A DNA stretch of 64,000 nucleotides from Owenia fusiformis (lineage: Eukaryota): the NCBI GenBank assembly GCA_903813345.2, contig CAIIXF020000001.1, positions 9,734,001-9,798,000 of the forward strand. Direction: 5' to 3'. Position 1 is the first letter of the stretch; the number at the start of each line of letters is the position of its first letter. Below the pieces are notes generated by a model. That model made no database searches and was not told where the DNA came from. It saw only the letters and a program-made list of their open reading frames with translations. The translations under genes were made by a program, and so were the position numbers. Positions 60,714 to 64,000 of this stretch are shown here, in pieces.

Positions 60714-63700
60714 AGCTATCAGGGCCAACTGAGCAATCAACCAATATAATTATGATGATTTATACTGTTCCTGTCAGAAGCAAATTAGATGATAGGACAA
60801 TGCTTTGCTTTTGTGGCAAATGTTAACGTATCAGGTATTTTTGCATTTTATACTGATTTTCATCTTATATGAAATATCCCATGTTTTTACATCTGCATCA
60901 TTTACTGCAACACATGCTACATATCCAGATGGATGGGTCACATACATGTATATGGGATCCCCTTTTATAGACCTACATGCAGTTAATCTCTGTGATAAAG
61001 AAAGCAAAACTACAATTTATTCATGAGTAATCATCCTTTAACATCCATTAAGATTCTCATCACATCTTTCAATTTTTCAACTACAAAAATCATCTCAAGC
61101 TAAGAAGAAGAAATGATATGTTATTAGCACATTGCCCTTAGACAAAGAATGAAGCTGCAGTTAGAAATCACACCTTTCTATTGTTTGTTGAATACAGAAA
61201 GGTGTGATAATTTGATCTTGGTAGAGTTGAGGCCATGCGATGACACAGTTAAATAGTCACAGTTTTTCTAACAAGTTGTGTGTTGTAAATGTTATGCATA
61301 AAGCCGAAAATTGATCCCAGAATGTGTTTTTATCATCTCCCTATTAAGAAGAATCTAGATAGCACTATAGTTCATTTCTTTACCATCAATAAGAACAAAC
61401 TCACTCCCAAAAATCTAAAACATTATCAAGATGGGTTTAAGTGTCTTTGTTCCTTATTATTTGAGTTATAAGCAAGTGCCTGTTCTTGCTATACAGCGTA
61501 TTGATTCTGCTCTGGTGAATGCAATAAATCAATGATGGGAAGAGTCTTACATTTGTTATATGGTAAAGCTGAATGAACCACTTTACAATGATCTTATCAT
61601 TCTGCTTTCTCACAGCTGAGACGTCACTATAGTTAAGCACTACCCTGTGTGCAATCTAGTTATAAACTACCCTCCGCCTCGTATAGATTGGCTCGGTGTA
61701 GATTTATTTGAAACTGAGAGAGTGAAGATGAAGCTCTCTTTTAAGAAGTATAGTTTAACACAAGACAATTTATACAAAAGGACCTAAAATCTTAATTAGA
61801 TAAGATATTATTAGATTAACAAACAACTTGCATGTATAACATGGTTTAAGCTACCCTGCATGCAGAGTCTAGTTATAAACTACCCTCTGCCTAGTATTGA
61901 CTATATTACAGTTTAGCAGCCCCGCCCCTACAACCTATATCTGTGACAGTCCAGGACCTAGATCATTTCAATTCTATCGCACTGATTTTTCTCAACCAAT
62001 CAGTGAGCTGAAAGGAACACATGCTAAATGCGTGCTCATTAACTATACAATAACGTCAGAGGAAATATATATACATATATATAAATATATAGAAAGTAGT
62101 CCGTATTTCGACGACAAGCTCTGAATGGCTCAGTGAGTTCAGAGATTTATTGTAAACTGAAAGAGTGAAGACAAAGCACTCTTCTAGAAGCGAAGTCAAA
62201 CGAATGCAAAGGGTATAAGCTATCAGGTGGTGCATTTGTTACATTCAGTCATATTGATACTCATGACATATTTCTATTTTACCAGAAACATGACTGAGGA
62301 GAAATGAGATGTTATCATTTATCATAATGACATTCAGTCAATCTATTGCACCAACTCCCACTACATCGTCTCAAGTTAGATAATTTTTGTGACCAGGCCA
62401 AGCGGCAAAGTGAGGAATGAACATTGAAGTAGCAAAATTAAGCATGGTACAAAATTCACCTGCTGTTTGTCACAATTATAACTACTTTATCATTTTATGT
62501 ATGATTTCACCACAAATTAGTTATGACTCTTTGCCACATATGACAATAATGTCTGTGATTTGTTACAGAAGCCAACCTCTGACCACCAAGCCAAACATCG
62601 ACCACTAAAAATCGACCTCCAAACAAAAAGGGTAAAACTACATTTATTCAAGATATATTTTGTATTGATTACCTTGATGCAGATTCATCAATTATCCCAT
62701 ATTAAGAGGTCAGCAAGATCAATAAACAGTTATTACCACTATAAAAAACATGTTTATATGACATGTCCTTAAAACGAGAATCAATTGTTTTTAATAATTT
62801 GTTTTGATATATGGGAGGGTCAAGGGACTGATTTAAGGTGAGTATGCACTGAAAATAAGGACATCATATACTACAGAATGAATGCACTTAAAATTCATAA
62901 AAAATGAAGTGGCATAACTGTTTCAAAAACGTTTATGTATAAGACACGATATCAGTTTGACTCCAACCGAGATAGACTTTTAACACCAGACCTTCTGACT
63001 TTCCAGTCATCAAACATATACTTCAGTCAAGTGATCATTTGAATACAGGCCAAAATAGCAATATGATATACCTATATATTCATTTTACATATTGAAGTGT
63101 ATGTAATTTGTGCTTCTGTAGATGTGACCCAACCTTATTTGGCAAGAAGATAGGTTAAATGTCAGGAATGCGAGAAGGAATCAAGTATAGCCAAAGCTGT
63201 CTATCTGAATGCCATTGGGACTGGTCAAAAGTAAGCAGGTGTTGAAACATGAAAACATGAAACATATGAAAATATGTTGAAAAAATCACAAACAAGCATA
63301 ATGCTTGTTTGAAATATCAAAATTAGAACAAATAAATACCAAAATAATATGTTCCATTACTGCTGCTAAAATGCGCCAAAATTTACAATTGTATGCAAAA
63401 TAAAATGCACAAATTACCTTCAAGCAGCACAAACTGCACATAAGCCTTTTTGTGCAATGTTCTAACAAATGAGAAGAGAAAGAACTAAGACTTGAACATC
63501 TGAGTATTTTATATAACAGGACTGCATCTTTAACTTTTTACATGTATGCTGATCGGTCAATTGAGCACTTCATTTAAATCCAATCGTTTGATACTACCAT
63601 TCAGTAAATTAACCCTTAAACAAGTATTCAATGTCTATTAACACAGTTTTATCAGAATTTCTTCTCAAAGCATGCTGAATAACTTGGTTTGTATGTACTT

Positions 63701-64000
63701 GAAATACACAGTAATGTGTATCTGTAGTAAATAGTATAAGAAAACAGATGCATGATTTCCCATGCATGATTTATGACATCATCATTGTGCCACATGGCAA
63801 TCAATGTTACATTCCATTATAACTGTAATCTTTGTACTTTGGTAAGCCTCTACTGATCTTGTCTCTCGCTTGTTATTTTCCCATTCCTACCGAGCCAATT
63901 CTTTTCACTTCGCTGACTGGTTGAGAAAGGGTCAGCGTCGTATATTTGAAATGATTTGTTAACCAGGATTTTCACAGGTGCCAATCTTTAGGGCGGGGCC

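Overview
AT-rich eukaryotic (invertebrate metazoan-like, possibly lophotrochozoan) genomic DNA, so most short ORFs in the track are exon fragments or noise. Five protein-coding genes can be assembled by hand: an intronless GT17/MGAT3-like glycosyltransferase (+, 1798-3162), an 18-exon ABCF3/GCN20-like gene (+, 7771-19473), a 4-exon CCDC43-like gene with a U12-type AT-AC intron (-, 25203-22315), an uncharacterised multi-pass membrane protein with a charged disordered tail (+, ~26647-31492), and Rab3 (-, 57922-39230). The main results are two pairs of tandemly duplicated, apparently mutually exclusive exons. In Rab3 they give two versions of the alpha3/beta5 effector-specificity region; in ABCF3 they give two versions of the inter-ABC linker tip. 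Two genes also carry tandemly duplicated splice acceptors that lead to premature stops. Introns and intergenic DNA hold many non-autonomous DNA transposons: a Transib/RAG-like element (CACGGTG ends, 5-bp TSD) with a nested mariner, a MULE-like element, Kolobok-like TTAA foldbacks, Helentron/HINE-like repeats, and a TIR element carrying a PIF1-like helicase fragment. All family assignments are from motif recognition by eye, not database searches.
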